Source of the DNA: Tubulanus polymorphus
Taxonomy: Eukaryota > Animalia > Nemertea
Length of the DNA: 64,000 bases
Assembly: GCF_964204645.1 (NCBI RefSeq)
Contig: NC_134034.1
Location: forward strand, 2,666,072 to 2,730,071
Direction: 5' to 3'
The notes beneath the pieces were generated by a model. That model was not told the DNA's origin and searched no databases. It saw only the letters and a program-made list of their open reading frames with translations. A program made the position numbers and the translations under genes. Shown one piece after another: positions 36,301 through 49,631 of the stretch. The stretch's first letter is position 1. Each line of letters begins with the position of its first letter.

Positions 36301-38319
36301 TCATCAAAAATCACACCAAGTTCACACCACATCAAATGTGTTCGGTAATTCACGTGAGACATTTTTGATCGAAAACGAGTTACTAAGACCAGACATTAGA
36401 CATTTTATCAGCGCATTTTCAAAGACTGATCGTCCACACTTCACATGTGTTCAGTAACTTCACTTGATACATTTTCTATTGAAAAAGATTAAACTACAAA
36501 CACCAGACATCAGTAAAAAATATCGGTACACTTCCGAAAACTGATCGTCCACACTTCCCACTACATTGAGCGGGTGGTTCCAGACAGCTGATTGATGCCT
36601 ACACATGCACGTCGAAAGCAGGGAACGGCAACCAACTATTTTCATTATTGCATGATAGCCATTTTTAAACAGACATTATCAATGTTGTTAATACGAGGAG
36701 AGATGCTCGGCAATATCAACATTTAGTAACAATACAGCGGTCTATACGCGAGCGAGCGGGTGAATTTCTCTTTTGTGGGCCCAATAAATATGAGCACATA
36801 AATCGCGCTAGACGCGTAGCCACCGACTGTGGCATGTGGGTTTATCATTGCAGGTATATCTCATCAGTCACATTCCGGGGTTAACGCTACCGTATTAGGA
36901 TTTCTGAATGGTTTAGAATTATGTGCAACGGGTCGTAAAACAAGTTTTAAGACGTCTTTCCAGATTTGACCGGTCGGCGTCGGTTGGTGGTAGGAATTCG
37001 ATGACGTCACGAGGGGAAGAAGTCTTATCTTCGCGGGGGGGGGAGATCCTTCGATCAGATCACAAGCGAAACGATTTGATGACGTCATAGCAAGATCATT
37101 TCTGAAAGGGTCGACAAATTAAATCACTAACCGTCAATTCGATGATGTCATAAGGGGATTTAAAGAGGTAGCCATGTTTTTTAGAAGGTTCTGTGGATGA
37201 AATTACTTTTGTTGGTAATCCGGTGATGTCATAGGTGGATTTACGATGGAGGCAGCAACCACAGATCAGATAATTAACACGAGGCAATGCGATGATATCA
37301 TAAGGGGAAATTTTTAGAGCTAGCCATCTTTTCCTGGCAGGGTCTATAGATCAAACCATTAGTAGGTGATTTGATGATGTCATAGGGGGATATACGAATA
37401 CGGTAGATGAAATGGCTGGTAGGTAATTTGATGGCTGTCATTTTAATAGCCATCTTTTCAAACGACGATAAAGTGAAACAACAAGCCTTACAAATGAGGT
37501 CTAGCCATCTCAGAATTCGTGAGCTCTGCTTGTTGGGGGGGGGGAGGGGGGAGGGGGTCTAATTCGACTACATAATATAGAATTTCACGATCGAATTCAA
37601 CTCGGCGATAACATAAGATTAGTTAGTTTTAGATTTCAATCCCCGCTGAGCAGCTACAAAGTTCCACCCGAGCTAGGCACGCCGTCTTATTTCATGTGAC
37701 GCGTCGAGATCACGTTTCAATTGAAGATACGTTTAAACGCGATATCACGTTTGGTCATTGGAAACTACGCCCTTATTTGGGCGGATATTAGGGTCGAATA
37801 GCACGAATCGACGTATCTCATTTCGCGTGAAACCAACTTTCTCCACCTCTCGCACATCGGTGCATTCGACCCGCACGGAACATTGCGCTGGACGGTAAAA
37901 CGTAATCGCTCGGGGGTGGGGGGTATTGGGGGGTTGGGCGAGGGAGGGGCCCTTGCTATTGGGGATCAACTAGCCGGTACTAGAATGTTCAAACCGAAAG
38001 ATTTACGAAGAATTAGGATAGATACAAACTAATCAACATTAGACATAAACACTCACGTGTGTTAAACTACGGACAGCCATTTGCTGGATGTGAACAATTG
38101 ATCCCCGAACAACGATTGATTCAAATAATGGTTCTGCTGTTTGGAAATGTCGGTATCACACGCGAGGGCAGACGAATGAGAAGTTAGTTTCTTTGACCTG
38201 TTTTATCGACCGAGTTTAATTTCAACAATGCGTAAAGCTTCAAGTTTGTTCTTCAATATCTAAATGGATTCATAGATTTATTCCATATTAGCACGATTTG
38301 ACTCCAACCTATTTGTATT

Positions 38320-39080
38320 AGAGAGTGACCACGGCCTAATGGTCATCATCAGAGGTGTGACCACAGCCTAGTGTCATCATCATATGAGTGACCACGGCCT
38401 AATGGTCATCATCAGAGGTGTGACCACAGCCTAGTGTCATCATCATATGAGTGACCCCAGGCTAGTGGTCATCATCAGAGAAGTGCATTAGAGGGGTGAC
38501 CACAATCTAGTGCATTGGCGGGGTGACCACAGGCTAGTGGTCATCATGTCCACAGCCGAGTGGTCATCTTCAGAGAAGTGACTACGACCTAGTGGTCATC
38601 ATTAGAGAAGTGACCACAGCCTAGTGGTCATCATTAGAGAAGTGACCACAGCCTAGTGGTCATCATTAGAGAAGTGACCACAGCCTAGTGGTCATCATTA
38701 GAGAAATGACACGACCTAGTGGTCATCATTAGAGAAGTGACACGACCTAGTTGTCATCTTAGAGAAGTGACCACGACCTAGTGGTCATCATTAGACAAGT
38801 GACCACGACCTAGTGGTCATCATTAGACAAGTGACCACGACCTAGTTGTCATCATTAGAGAAGTGACACGACCTAGTGGTCATCATTAGACAAGTGACAC
38901 GACCTAGTTGTCATCTTAGAGAAGTGACCACGACCTAGTGGTCATCATTAGACAAGTGACCAAGACCTAGTTGACACCATTAGAGAAGTGACCACGACCT
39001 AGTGGTCATCATTAGACAAGTGACCACAGCCTAGTGGTCACCATTAGAGAAGTGACCACAACCTAGTGGTCATCATGAGA
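38320..39080. repeat. ~32-bp minisatellite with an internal hairpin
   Basis: Unit attagagaagTGACCACagcctaGTGGTCAtc, more than 20 copies, no unique spacers. Confidence 0.95.
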
Positions 39081-40659
39081 GTGTGTAACATGATGTAAAT
39101 TCCCTATTGTTACTAAGAAGTAATTTCATTTGATTATGATATAATCATGGCAAATTTGGCAAATGTAGAAGGGATCGTATAATATATGTCGTACACTAAC
39201 CTAGCCCCGTATGACTAAATAACTTCACAACGCACATCAATCCGCTAGAAGCATTAGTAGTAAATTATTGAAAACCAATTGACCGATTGTGTAATGGGCC
39301 AATCAAATACATAACGCAAACAAGCGCGTGTTGATATCATAGAACAAAGTGTCAAACATCACGCCAAATATTTACCGTAAATAAACTAATATTTCGCGCG
39401 AATGGATGCTGCACGTGGGCGTTAGGTTTATTTGAGATCGCATTTAGCGGGTAAATACGACGCCTTTGTTGGAAGCGTCGCGATACGGCACGTTAGTAGA
39501 CCGGTGCGCAGTCACGTGGCACAGTAACACCGGCTTCACCGTCAGAGGGCGTGACGAGCACTCAGTTTGCTAAATTCATTAAAACCGGCTCAGATGTATA
39601 TAGATCCCTCCAATAGTATAAATATGTATTGTAAATAGTTGATGTATATATATTTTGTAACGTTTTCATTCTCTTAATTTTTATCACTTAAGTCTTGTTT
39701 TGTAGATATTTCTATATACGTGGTTAATAGTTTTCCTCCATGTACCATGGAAATGGTTGGAGTGTAAATAAAATCGTAATCGTAATCGTAATCGTAATCG
39801 TTTTCATTAAATCTTTTTCAAATCGAATTAAACAGATATTCCGTAACGAGCAACTTCAAGAAACCGTGTCTTAGATGAATATCATCTTATGTATATATCA
39901 TAGTCTCCTTCATATACCTTAATTTTTTACCCTTTGATTACAATTTTTTTTTCAAATACGAATAAGTTTTATCAATCAGAATCAGTGAATATACAAATAC
40001 ATTTCATTATCAACAACTAACCTTTAACCGAACTTACAAGGCTCCTCAATCCATACGCTATCACAGGTCTCGCGACACCGCCAGGTGGCGTCACTAATTG
40101 TCGGTCTGGCACGTAGAAACCCCACTGCCTTAAGACGGACGAAACTGTTCAGAAAGATAACTGCAAGAGCCCCGTGTGCCTTCTGTCAAAAGCATACGTC
40201 ATTTTGAAGTAACGTTTTTAAGAAATCGAGTGCGATTCACATTTCTAAACGCCATCAAGCCGTCCGAGCCATATGCCGACTCCGCAAATCGGGTGTCATC
40301 TTGAAAGCGGTTCAATGGCTTTTTGTTCATTCAGCAGAACACTTCGCAACGACCGGAAACGGTTTCAAAATCTTCGAAAAAACCGCGTAAGATCGTTTAT
40401 CCCGATCGAAGGATGTACATGTACCAAAGAAGGGCGAAAAACTAGCTTCCCCGCCAGATGGCGTGCAGTAAACATTTCATAAACAAATTCATTTTCAATC
40501 ATCGTTCATCCAGATTTAAAGCCTATCGCGTAATGAAATAGACAAATGAATTCTCTACTTAAACCTGGTATTTATGTGGTCGCAATTTTTATTCAACATT
40601 CGTCGAGAAAATGTTGGATAGATTTCAATCTGAGAATGAATCTAACAAATGAACTAATG

Positions 40660-41050
40660 AAAACCTGGTGGATCCTCACTTGCCATAAGAAGAATCCTCT
40701 TTTGCAGCAGTAGTTGATGTCCTACTGTACACTAGCGACACCTGGTGGATCCTCACTTGTGGAATCCTCTATTGACGCAGTAATTGATGTCCTACTGTAC
40801 ACTAGCGGCACCTGGTGGATCCTCACTTGTGGAATCCTCTATTGACGCAGTAATTGATGTCCTACTGTACACTAGCGGCACCTGGTGGATTCTCACTTGT
40901 AGAATCCTCCTTTGACGCAGTAGTTGATGTCCTACTGTACACTAGCGACACCTGGTGGATTCCCACTTGTAGAATCCTCCCTTGACACATTAGTTAGTGT
41001 CCTACTGTACACTAGCGACACCTGGTGGATCCTCATTTTCCACAGTGGAA
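40660..41050 (-). repeat. 77-bp satellite cluster, including shortened ~71-bp variant units
   Basis: Repeated cctactgtacactagcgacacctggtggatcctcacttg. Confidence 0.9.
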
Positions 41051-44000
41051 TTCTCGACTGACATACTCGACAGCATAAGTCAGGATTAGTCGGAATTTCT
41101 GATTGCAACAAGCCCCCCCCCCCCCACCCATTGTTTTTTTTCTCATTGCACTAACAACTCATTCCAAGTCATTCTACAACGTTATTTACGATGTTATTTA
41201 ATCGGGTCTGAATGAACGAAATCCGGCGAACGCGAGTATATCACTCTGATCGTCTGCGGGCGCGTGAGACGCCGCCGTTTATTACCTACAATTCTATAGT
41301 TTAATGACGGTTTTTTCGAATTTAATCAACGCTTCGACTCATCGGGTGGTAACTATTCTAAATAACCGTTAATTCACAATAAGCGTTGTTAATAGTATTT
41401 TAGTAGAAACACATCAGTCTCAATCGGATCGCCTGGAAATCTGGTTGATTTTTAGTTGACACAAATATGCACTCGGTGGATCCTCACTTGCCACAAGTGG
41501 AATCCTCCATTTCCGCAGTAGTTGATGCCTTACTGCACACTAGTGACACCTGGTAGATCCTCACGTAATACAATCATCTATTGCTGCAGATATCCTACTG
41601 CACACTAGTGACACCTAGTGGACCCTCACATGCTACAATCCTCTATTGGTGCAGTAACTGATGTTCAAGTAGTCATTGCGTAACTGAAAAATGAATATAC
41701 AGGGGAGATGCAAACTGCAATACTGGGAAAAAAATTAGTTCCAGCAGAACTGGAAAAAAACCTAATTTTCTTCGCTCGAAAATCTAACTTGATTCCGCCG
41801 CATATATGAGCTGACGTCGACCGAATCCACCCGGCAACCAGAGTAATCTCACTGTAAATTAATAAAGAATAACCATTATCAAGTTACCGTATAGAAAAAT
41901 GAATGGCGTCGCGCGATGCTTCATTCAATCTGTTTCGAATTTTCGGTGAAGGCGAGATCGTTAGTAAACCCAAGGGCGCGTGGAGCCAGTTGCGAACGAT
42001 AATTGCTTATTTTTTTATTCTACATTCACGGCGCGCGTTTACAGACAAGGTATAGATCTCAAGGGGTTTTTGGGGTTGGGTTAATTTCGGTTGAGACGAG
42101 GAGTTAGTCTCCTTCCATTGAGAGGCGCATTCTTCTTCATTCGTCTTATGAAGGCAGGCGTATAGGTGGAATATCGATCGCGTGCGGTGCGATTTGTTGT
42201 GGCTGGACGCAATCGGGCGCTTATAGTTCACCTGCGAGGTGATCGTTGTCAGCGTATCGATGCGTGACTAGTGTGTGCCAGTCGCTAGAGCTGCATAGGT
42301 CGGTTACCACTGGCAGAGACGGCCGAACCGCAGTAAAGCCCGACGCAGACGACGCACAGAAACACGGAAACATAGTTGGGTTCCGTGAGCAAGCGACTGT
42401 CTAATATCATTTGAATAAAAAATAACTGTCTAATAAATCTAAATAATGAGTCATTTAAAACGACTCGTAAGGTCGAAGAGTCGAATGCTCATATAGTTTT
42501 TTCTTTATATTGTGGGTTGTTCTTACCTCAAACGAAAACAGAATGCGGAATCAAACAACTCCGAACTTTGTTTCCGAAACCGTGTTTCTCGTTTCTTGTT
42601 TCTCGTAAACTCACACAGAGAAGAACGCTCGGAAACACGTTTTTGTTTCCTGTTTCCGCAGTTTACCTGCGTCGTATGCGTTATAAGGCAGGCGAAACAT
42701 GTGCGACTCGGTTGCGACTGGCGTCGCTGAAAGTCGGGAGGGCGTTTAGGTCGACGAGTCTTCGTTCAGGTCAAGAGTTCAATAGTTGCGAGTTACGTAA
42801 ATAGAGATAACCAATAGCAAGTCAATTCGCATTCAATTAGATAAACTCTACGGGGTACAGCGGCTGAATATAATGTTCGACAAAATTAATCGGAAGCTAT
42901 CAAGACTTGCCGGGTTTTCGGCAAAATTAACCGGAAACTACCGAAAATTGCCGAGTGTATGTCGGCTGCTATTCACGGAGCGCGAATCGATCGATACAAA
43001 CGACGAAAAAATTTCCGATCAGATTGGCGGAAAAATCGCCGACATAAAGCTCCAGCCGAGTGTAAACCTCCCGAGGGTCGGATATACCCGGCAACATGTC
43101 AATAACAGCGAGACGCCGACCCGCAGTGATACCAGTTTTGTCGAGAGCAAATGTTCTTGGGTCATCGCGGATCTAATATCCGTGAAAAACCGCAGCGTGT
43201 GGATCGCTACCGCTGCCGCTGCTGCTGCTGCTGCTGCTGCTACCATGAGAGATGCATCCGAACTCGCCGAATTAAATTGTAGTTGGAGACGTGTGGCATT
43301 AACGGAAACCAGTTCAACGATAATGCAGTTTTTCAATCAGATGCAGATATTCTCTCCTTATATCGCCATTATTCCCATTGTTGATCGTCCGCACTTCACA
43401 TGTGTTCATTACTTCACGTGATATATTTTCATTTGAAAACGAACTGCAAACACCAGACATCAGACATTTTATCAGCACACTTTAAAAAACTGATCATCCA
43501 CACTTCACATGTGTTCAGTGCTTCACCTGAGGTATTATTGATTGAAATGAACTACAAACACCAGATATTAGACATTTTATCAGGTACACTTTAAAAAACT
43601 GATCATCCGCACTTCACATGTGTTCGGTACTTTACATGGAACATCTTTTTTTTTGAAAATGGTAATACAAACACCAGATTTGAGACATTTTTTCGCGAAT
43701 TAGGCATTCAAGAACTGATCACCCAGCAAATGTTCGGCACTGCAGGAACATAAGTTCCATTTAATCTGTGCCACAATGCAAATGAGAACAATTTTTCGTG
43801 GCTTAAGTCTAAAACATGCCCGATAATCCTGCGAATGTTCAAACGGTAAAGATTCCAACTTTAAATTCACCCCAACTTTCAAATCCAGCCGGCAATTTCA
43901 ACGAACGAAAAATAATTTGTTATTTGGTCATGCAAATTTTTCCCTGTGATGCGCTCTGAAAAGGAATGTTGCCATGGGAATGACAACAATGCGCCGAAAA

Positions 44001-44238
44001 AAGATGACGAATGCGAATAGTTTTTTTTTTCGCAGGCGACTGATTTAGCATATTTCACCGGATTAGGGAGCGGGAGAAAAAGTTTCGAAGCGAGATGTTT
44101 TAAATACCACCTTCTTGGCTATACTTTTACGAAAAGGAGATTTGAATTAATAGGGCCGGAGAATGCTCGAACAATTTGCCGACGTTTGCGAAAGTTACAA
44201 TTACATGAATATATCACCGATGCAGCTTAAAGACCCTG

Positions 44239-44376
44239 GGGCCGGTTCCATAGTCGAGACTTAAGTCCAAAAGTGGTCTTAAATCTTAAGACTGGTCTTA
44301 AGCTGTTATATTAGCTATATAACTAAAATAGTCTCAGACTAGTCTTAAGTCTTAGCCATGACTATGGAACTGGGCC
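44239..44376. mobile_element. Non-autonomous PIF/Harbinger-like MITE
   Basis: TIRs gggccggttccatagtc / gactatggaactgggcc, CTG target-site duplication, palindromic interior. Confidence 0.7.
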
Positions 44377-44934
44377 CTGAAGCCCCTCATGAGTTCGAAA
44401 CGTTATCGCCAAATCGCCAAATTCATCAAATCCATTGTGTAAACATACACGCTTCACACACGTGTTACGGACTTAGCTAGTTTTAAAAATAGCTAAACGT
44501 TTAGTTAGCGTCATGTTGTATTGTCACGAATGAAATTAAAGGCAATTAATGGTAGTCGAAGCAAATGGAAATACACGATCGCTTGCCCATTCTTACCTTA
44601 ACAATGCGCGCGTGAACTGAACAGAAGTCCGATATCGAACTCGAACGATTTAACGAGTGATAATATATCATCAATACGGTGGACGACTGTTACTCCTCTC
44701 ACACGGTGCGCTTTACCGGTAAACCCGCCCCGGGGGTGATCTAATAGCGAAATCAGTAATAACCTTCACTACCAGGCGGCGCTTGGAAATCGAAACTTAA
44801 ATCTAATAGCGCATCAGTTATACGTCAGTTTCGCTTTGAATTACAAAGAATGAAAGTGCAACTATAAGATATCTAGTAACTGGTGGTTTCGTGAAGCTGG
44901 ATCCAGTTCCATATAGATGCAATCTGAAGCAATA

Positions 44935-45280
44935 TAGTATTCCACTTGTGGCCAATGAGGATCCACCAGGTGTCGCTAGTGTGCAGTAGGACATCCGCTA
45001 CCGTGGATTCCACTTGTAGCAAGTGATGATCCACCAGGTGTCGCTAGTGTGCAGAAGGACATCAACTTCTGCGGCGATATATGATTCCACTTGTGGCAAG
45101 TGAGGATCCACCGAGTGTCGCTAGTGTGCAGATAACTACTCAACTACTCTGGCTACATAGGACTCCACTTGTGGCAAGCCGGGGTCCATTAGGTGTCGCT
45201 AGTGTGAGGTAGGACATCAACTGCTGCGGCAATAGAGGATTCCACTTTGTGGTAAGTGAGGTTCCACCAGGCGTCGCTAG
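44935..45280 (+). repeat. 77-bp satellite cluster (~5 units)
   Basis: Same unit as 25150-25510. Confidence 0.85.
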
Positions 45281-45999
45281 TAGTAACTCAATGAACCACG
45301 CTTCGATCGATTTTTCGCTTAAGTAAATCAATAAAAAACCAAACCGAGAGTAGAAAATGAATGTTATCTTTCATTTTGTTCATTTGATTACATTTTGATT
45401 GGAAAATAAGAAAAAAGAATTAAGTTCAAAGTTTAAAATCTAAAAACTAACTGATTTCGCCTTCGTAAAACCGACTGCCAGTCACGCCATCTGGTGGGAT
45501 AACTGGTATTGGCGATTGCAGATTGAATGGTTTTATAGAGCGTGCATTAAATCAGCGCCTTAGAAAAGTGTGTTTATAAAACCAACACAGACAACAATAG
45601 CGATACTGGGATGCTACTGAAACTAACGGCAGAATTAGATTAAAAAAAGACGGCCGCAAAGCAGTGTATAACGATAACTATTGTTTATGACTACGCTGCA
45701 CGTTGATCTAAACCATCCCTACATCAATATATCTATGCGATTCAAACAAATGCGCTGATTTTGTTTATTGAGCTCGATCTATCACAATAGCCTGGGCGAT
45801 GACGTCTCGTCAAGTAATGGACGGCTTTTAGTGAGCGCTCAATTTCAACGCCTATGACGTAGCCGGTACGCGCTAATTAACGGACATGGACTGAAGATCC
45901 GCCTACCTAGTTCATTTGCGTAAATCATTTTTAAGGATGAGTGATGACTCGATGTGGAAAATAATACAACGCCGTCAATTTGCAAACCTTTTTAATAGT

Positions 46000-46482
46000 C
46001 AAGATAACCTACTTGTCCTGAACTGATCTCCCTTGTGATTTAAGAATATCATTTTGCAGGTTTCGTAGCTCTAACCATACCCTACCTATAGAAGTTGGTA
46101 GATACCAACGTATCCGCTGGGAGGATAGACTGTGCACGAAATGCCAGCTGGCTGTTGTTTGCGATGAATACCACTTCATTTTGGTATGCCCTTTTTGGAA
46201 AATATAAGGCAGACCTACATCAAAGCATATTATAGGAGTAACCCTAGTATAGTAAAATTTCAAAAACCGTTGCATTCCTCTGGTAAGGCGCGTTTGTCTC
46301 TTGTTAACTACATAAGAAAAGGCATGGCCTTCTATTAAATAACGTATAGTAACTTGATATTTTCTCATTGTCGATTTATGTACTAAGCCTGTCATCTTCC
46401 TGTATAGTTTTCTTTTTTGTATTAATCTGCCCTGTGCAAAAATTTCTTTTGTTGGGCAATAAACTTTTGAATTGAATTGAAT
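46000..46482 (+). mobile_element. 3' end of a decayed non-LTR retrotransposon (RTEX-like C-terminal zinc knuckle)
   Basis: Plus-strand translation RISFCRFRSSNHTLPIEVGRYQRIRWEDRLCTKCQLAVVCDEYHFILVCP, then AATAAA and a (TTGAA)n tail. Confidence 0.8.
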
Positions 46483-47371
46483 CCGCTATATTTACATATT
46501 ATTCTTAGATTTGTTTGTAATTGTATCAATTGTGTTATCGTAATTCATTTCATCCATAGAGCACGTTCAAACAAGTTATACACAATAAGTTTATAGTTAT
46601 ATTATGGAGATCCATACATTTTAACAACATAATTATGTAAATGTTAATATAATACTCTATAGAAAGGAATGGTCCTGAGCCAAATTGGCTGTAACCCATA
46701 GGGTGGACCACGCCTAGAAAGGGGAATATACGTTTGATTTATTTTTCAGAAATCGTATATTAAACTGAATTCGCTAGGTTGAAGTAAAATATTACTCATA
46801 AAACTGACCGTATGGGGATTAAAAGTTTTAATAGATTTCAGTCAAATTAGTTCATTTTCCTTAAATGAAGTCAAAAATGTTGATCTTGATTTTGGTTCGA
46901 ATATTTTCTTTCCAATTTCGTTCAAATTCTAGCGTTTGCAAATTTCCGTAAATTCGATTCGTTCTCGTCGATAATTCCTTACAAAAAAATCGATTTGAAT
47001 TATTGTCCCGTGGGTGGAATATTTGCAATTCAAATAAATATCTGCATGCGGGGGAGCTATGGGACTGGTTCCGTGGTAGAATTAGGCATAGTCGGGACTG
47101 CACTGTAGAGTTCCATCTCCTCGCTAGAGGCAGGACGTGGAACTCTTTTCTGAAAACAGTTGACGACGTCGAGACTCCTTGGGAAAACAGCGAGATGGAA
47201 TTTCCTTGCAGAAGTGCGTGTAGGTAAAACTCCCTAATGGATGCGGGTTAATGGGATTCCCTTGTAGGAGCAGGGAAATGGAACTGCCTCGTGGATACAG
47301 GCAATGGGATTCCCTAATGAAAGTAGGTAGATACGGGACTTATAGACGCAGAGAAGTGGGGAAATAGGACA

Positions 47372-48120
47372 CCCTTATGAAAGTGGGTCGGTTTGACTCG
47401 TTGGTATGGACGGGGCGATGGGGTTCCCTTATGAAAGTGAGAGGTGGACTCCCCTTATGAAAGTGGGACGGTTTGACTGGTTGGTATGGACAGGGAGGTG
47501 GGATTCCCTTGTGAAAATGAGAGGTGGACTCCCCTTATGAAAGTGGGACGGTTTGACTGGTTGGTATGGACAGGGAGGTGGGATTCCCTTGTGAAAGTGA
47601 GAGGTGGACTCCCCTTATGAAAGTGGGACGGTTTGACTGGTTGGTATGGACAGGGAGGTGGGATTCCCTTGTGAAAGTGAGAGGTGGACTCCCCTTATGA
47701 AAGTGGGACGGTTTGACTGGTTGGTATGGACAGGGAGGTGGGATTCCCTTGTGAAAGTGAGAGGTGGACTCCCCTTATGAAAGTGGGACGGTTTGACTGG
47801 TTGGTATGGACAGGGAGGTGGGATTCCCTTGTGAAAGTGAGAGGTGGACTCCCCTTATGAAAGTGGAAAGGTTTGACTGGTTGGTATGGACAGGGAGGTG
47901 GGATTCCATTATAAAAGTGAGAGGTGGACTCCCCTTATGAAAGTGGAAAGGTTTGACTGGTTGGTATGGACAGGGAGGTGGGATTCCATTATAAAAGTGA
48001 GAGGTGGACTCCCCTTATGAAAGTGGAAAGGTTTGACTCGTTGGTATGGACAGGCAGTTGGGATTCCCTTATGAAAGTGAGAGGTGGACTCCCCTCTAGG
48101 AAGGTTTGACTCGTTGGTAG
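47372..48120. repeat. 80-bp purine-rich minisatellite (~9 units)
   Basis: ccccttatga recurs at 47451, 47531 ... 48011; degenerate ~30-bp subunits at 47140-47370. Confidence 0.95.
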
Positions 48121-49327
48121 GAATTGGGAGGAGAGTTATAGTAGGAAGGAGGTGAACCAAAATCAATCAGAAGCAAAATCTCTAAGCGGCAAAATAAAGC
48201 ATGTTGCTCTGAGCTATAGACACGACACGCTAACGGCTTTCAGCGCCTTAAATCTGATATGAAAAATGATTAACTGATATCCGAATGTGTCGAGCTCCAC
48301 CCGATTTCACGTTTCAATGTAGAATGACTTCGATAGAAATATATATACTAATATATATATTTCGTCGAAATGAGGGCAATTGGTGCTAGTGTCTACATCC
48401 TCAGGTCCTATACGATTACTAACTAGAATGCAAAAATAGGAATTACATGACTAAAATTTTTAATAGTGAATTATATAATTGCTAGTTTGCCAACACTTTA
48501 TAGGAGATTCCCAACCCTCTCCAGGGCACCACCGACAAAGGAGGTGCCCTGGAAAGAAGAAATATGCAAATAAAAATAAATGTTTACATTATACGGAAGA
48601 TATGAAAATAGAAAACCAAATAAATCGATAACAATAGTAGCAATGATAATCAGTAGTTATACCGTTGAGAACTTGCTTGTTATGAGACATTCGAATTTCA
48701 CTATTAGAGTTTGCAAACAGACTATCCGATGGCATACATACAAGACTTCCATATTCCCGGTGAAGAATAGAATTAAGAAATATATACACGGTAAACTCCG
48801 CTTAGTTCTGATCGTTGGTAAACCGATAAAATCCAAGTTGAATAATACGATTAAGAAGTTAACGAATACCGCAGCTTCGCCAATCAAACCATATTTATAT
48901 TAAAATACTTGATTTATCTTAAATTATCACGAAGAAAAACCTTTATAATAGTTTGCGGGGTTTGATCTGAGGAATAAATGCCACTTGACCTTGGGGCAAG
49001 CATATGTAATATCACTTGCCTCCTCAAAAATCAACTTGCCCTACGAGCCAGTCTTTTTTAGAGAACTAATAACGAACTTCTTGGACCAGAAAATCTATTC
49101 GTTATTATAACCGATAGTTCGCTATATCCAGTATGAAACCAGTTGAATCTTTTAACTTAGGACGGAATTCTATATTTGTTATATCCGATGAATATTTGTT
49201 GCATCATAGTTCGTCTTAATGACAAACGTTGCGCTGTATTCACAACTTCTTCGTACAGGTGGGCCATAAATACTGAACCGCGAATCAAGCAGAGTTCGTT
49301 CAAACATAAAGTGGAATCTCGTTAATA

Positions 49328-49631
49328 CAGGGGCGGATCCAGGGGCATGTTGTGACCATGTCGACCGATAGAAAAGGCATATATTCTTAATTTAGGGCTG
49401 AAAGGCGTATCAGCAAAAAATTTTTGAAATTTTACTATCATTTTAGAGCTTTCTGAGCATCTCTGAGAGGCATTTAGTCAAGAAACATAGATTATATATT
49501 TAGGAAAAATATCTATTGTGTATCTCAGGTGGTTACAACGGAAAATTTTGATACAGAGAAAAAATAAAAAGGCACTTAAAAATTCCGACCGTGTCGGGCC
49601 ACACGGTCGACACGGTCTAAATCCGCCCCTG
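49328..49631. mobile_element. MITE with CAGGGGCGGAT termini
   Basis: caggggcggat ... atccgcccctg, flanked by a TAATA direct repeat; subterminal gacc.tgtcg motifs. Confidence 0.75.

Noticed and set aside
42873-43421. 182-aa ORF with polyalanine
   Set aside because: No recognisable domain; polyAla comes from a (CTG)n tract and the ORF ends in satellite. A small exon here cannot be excluded.
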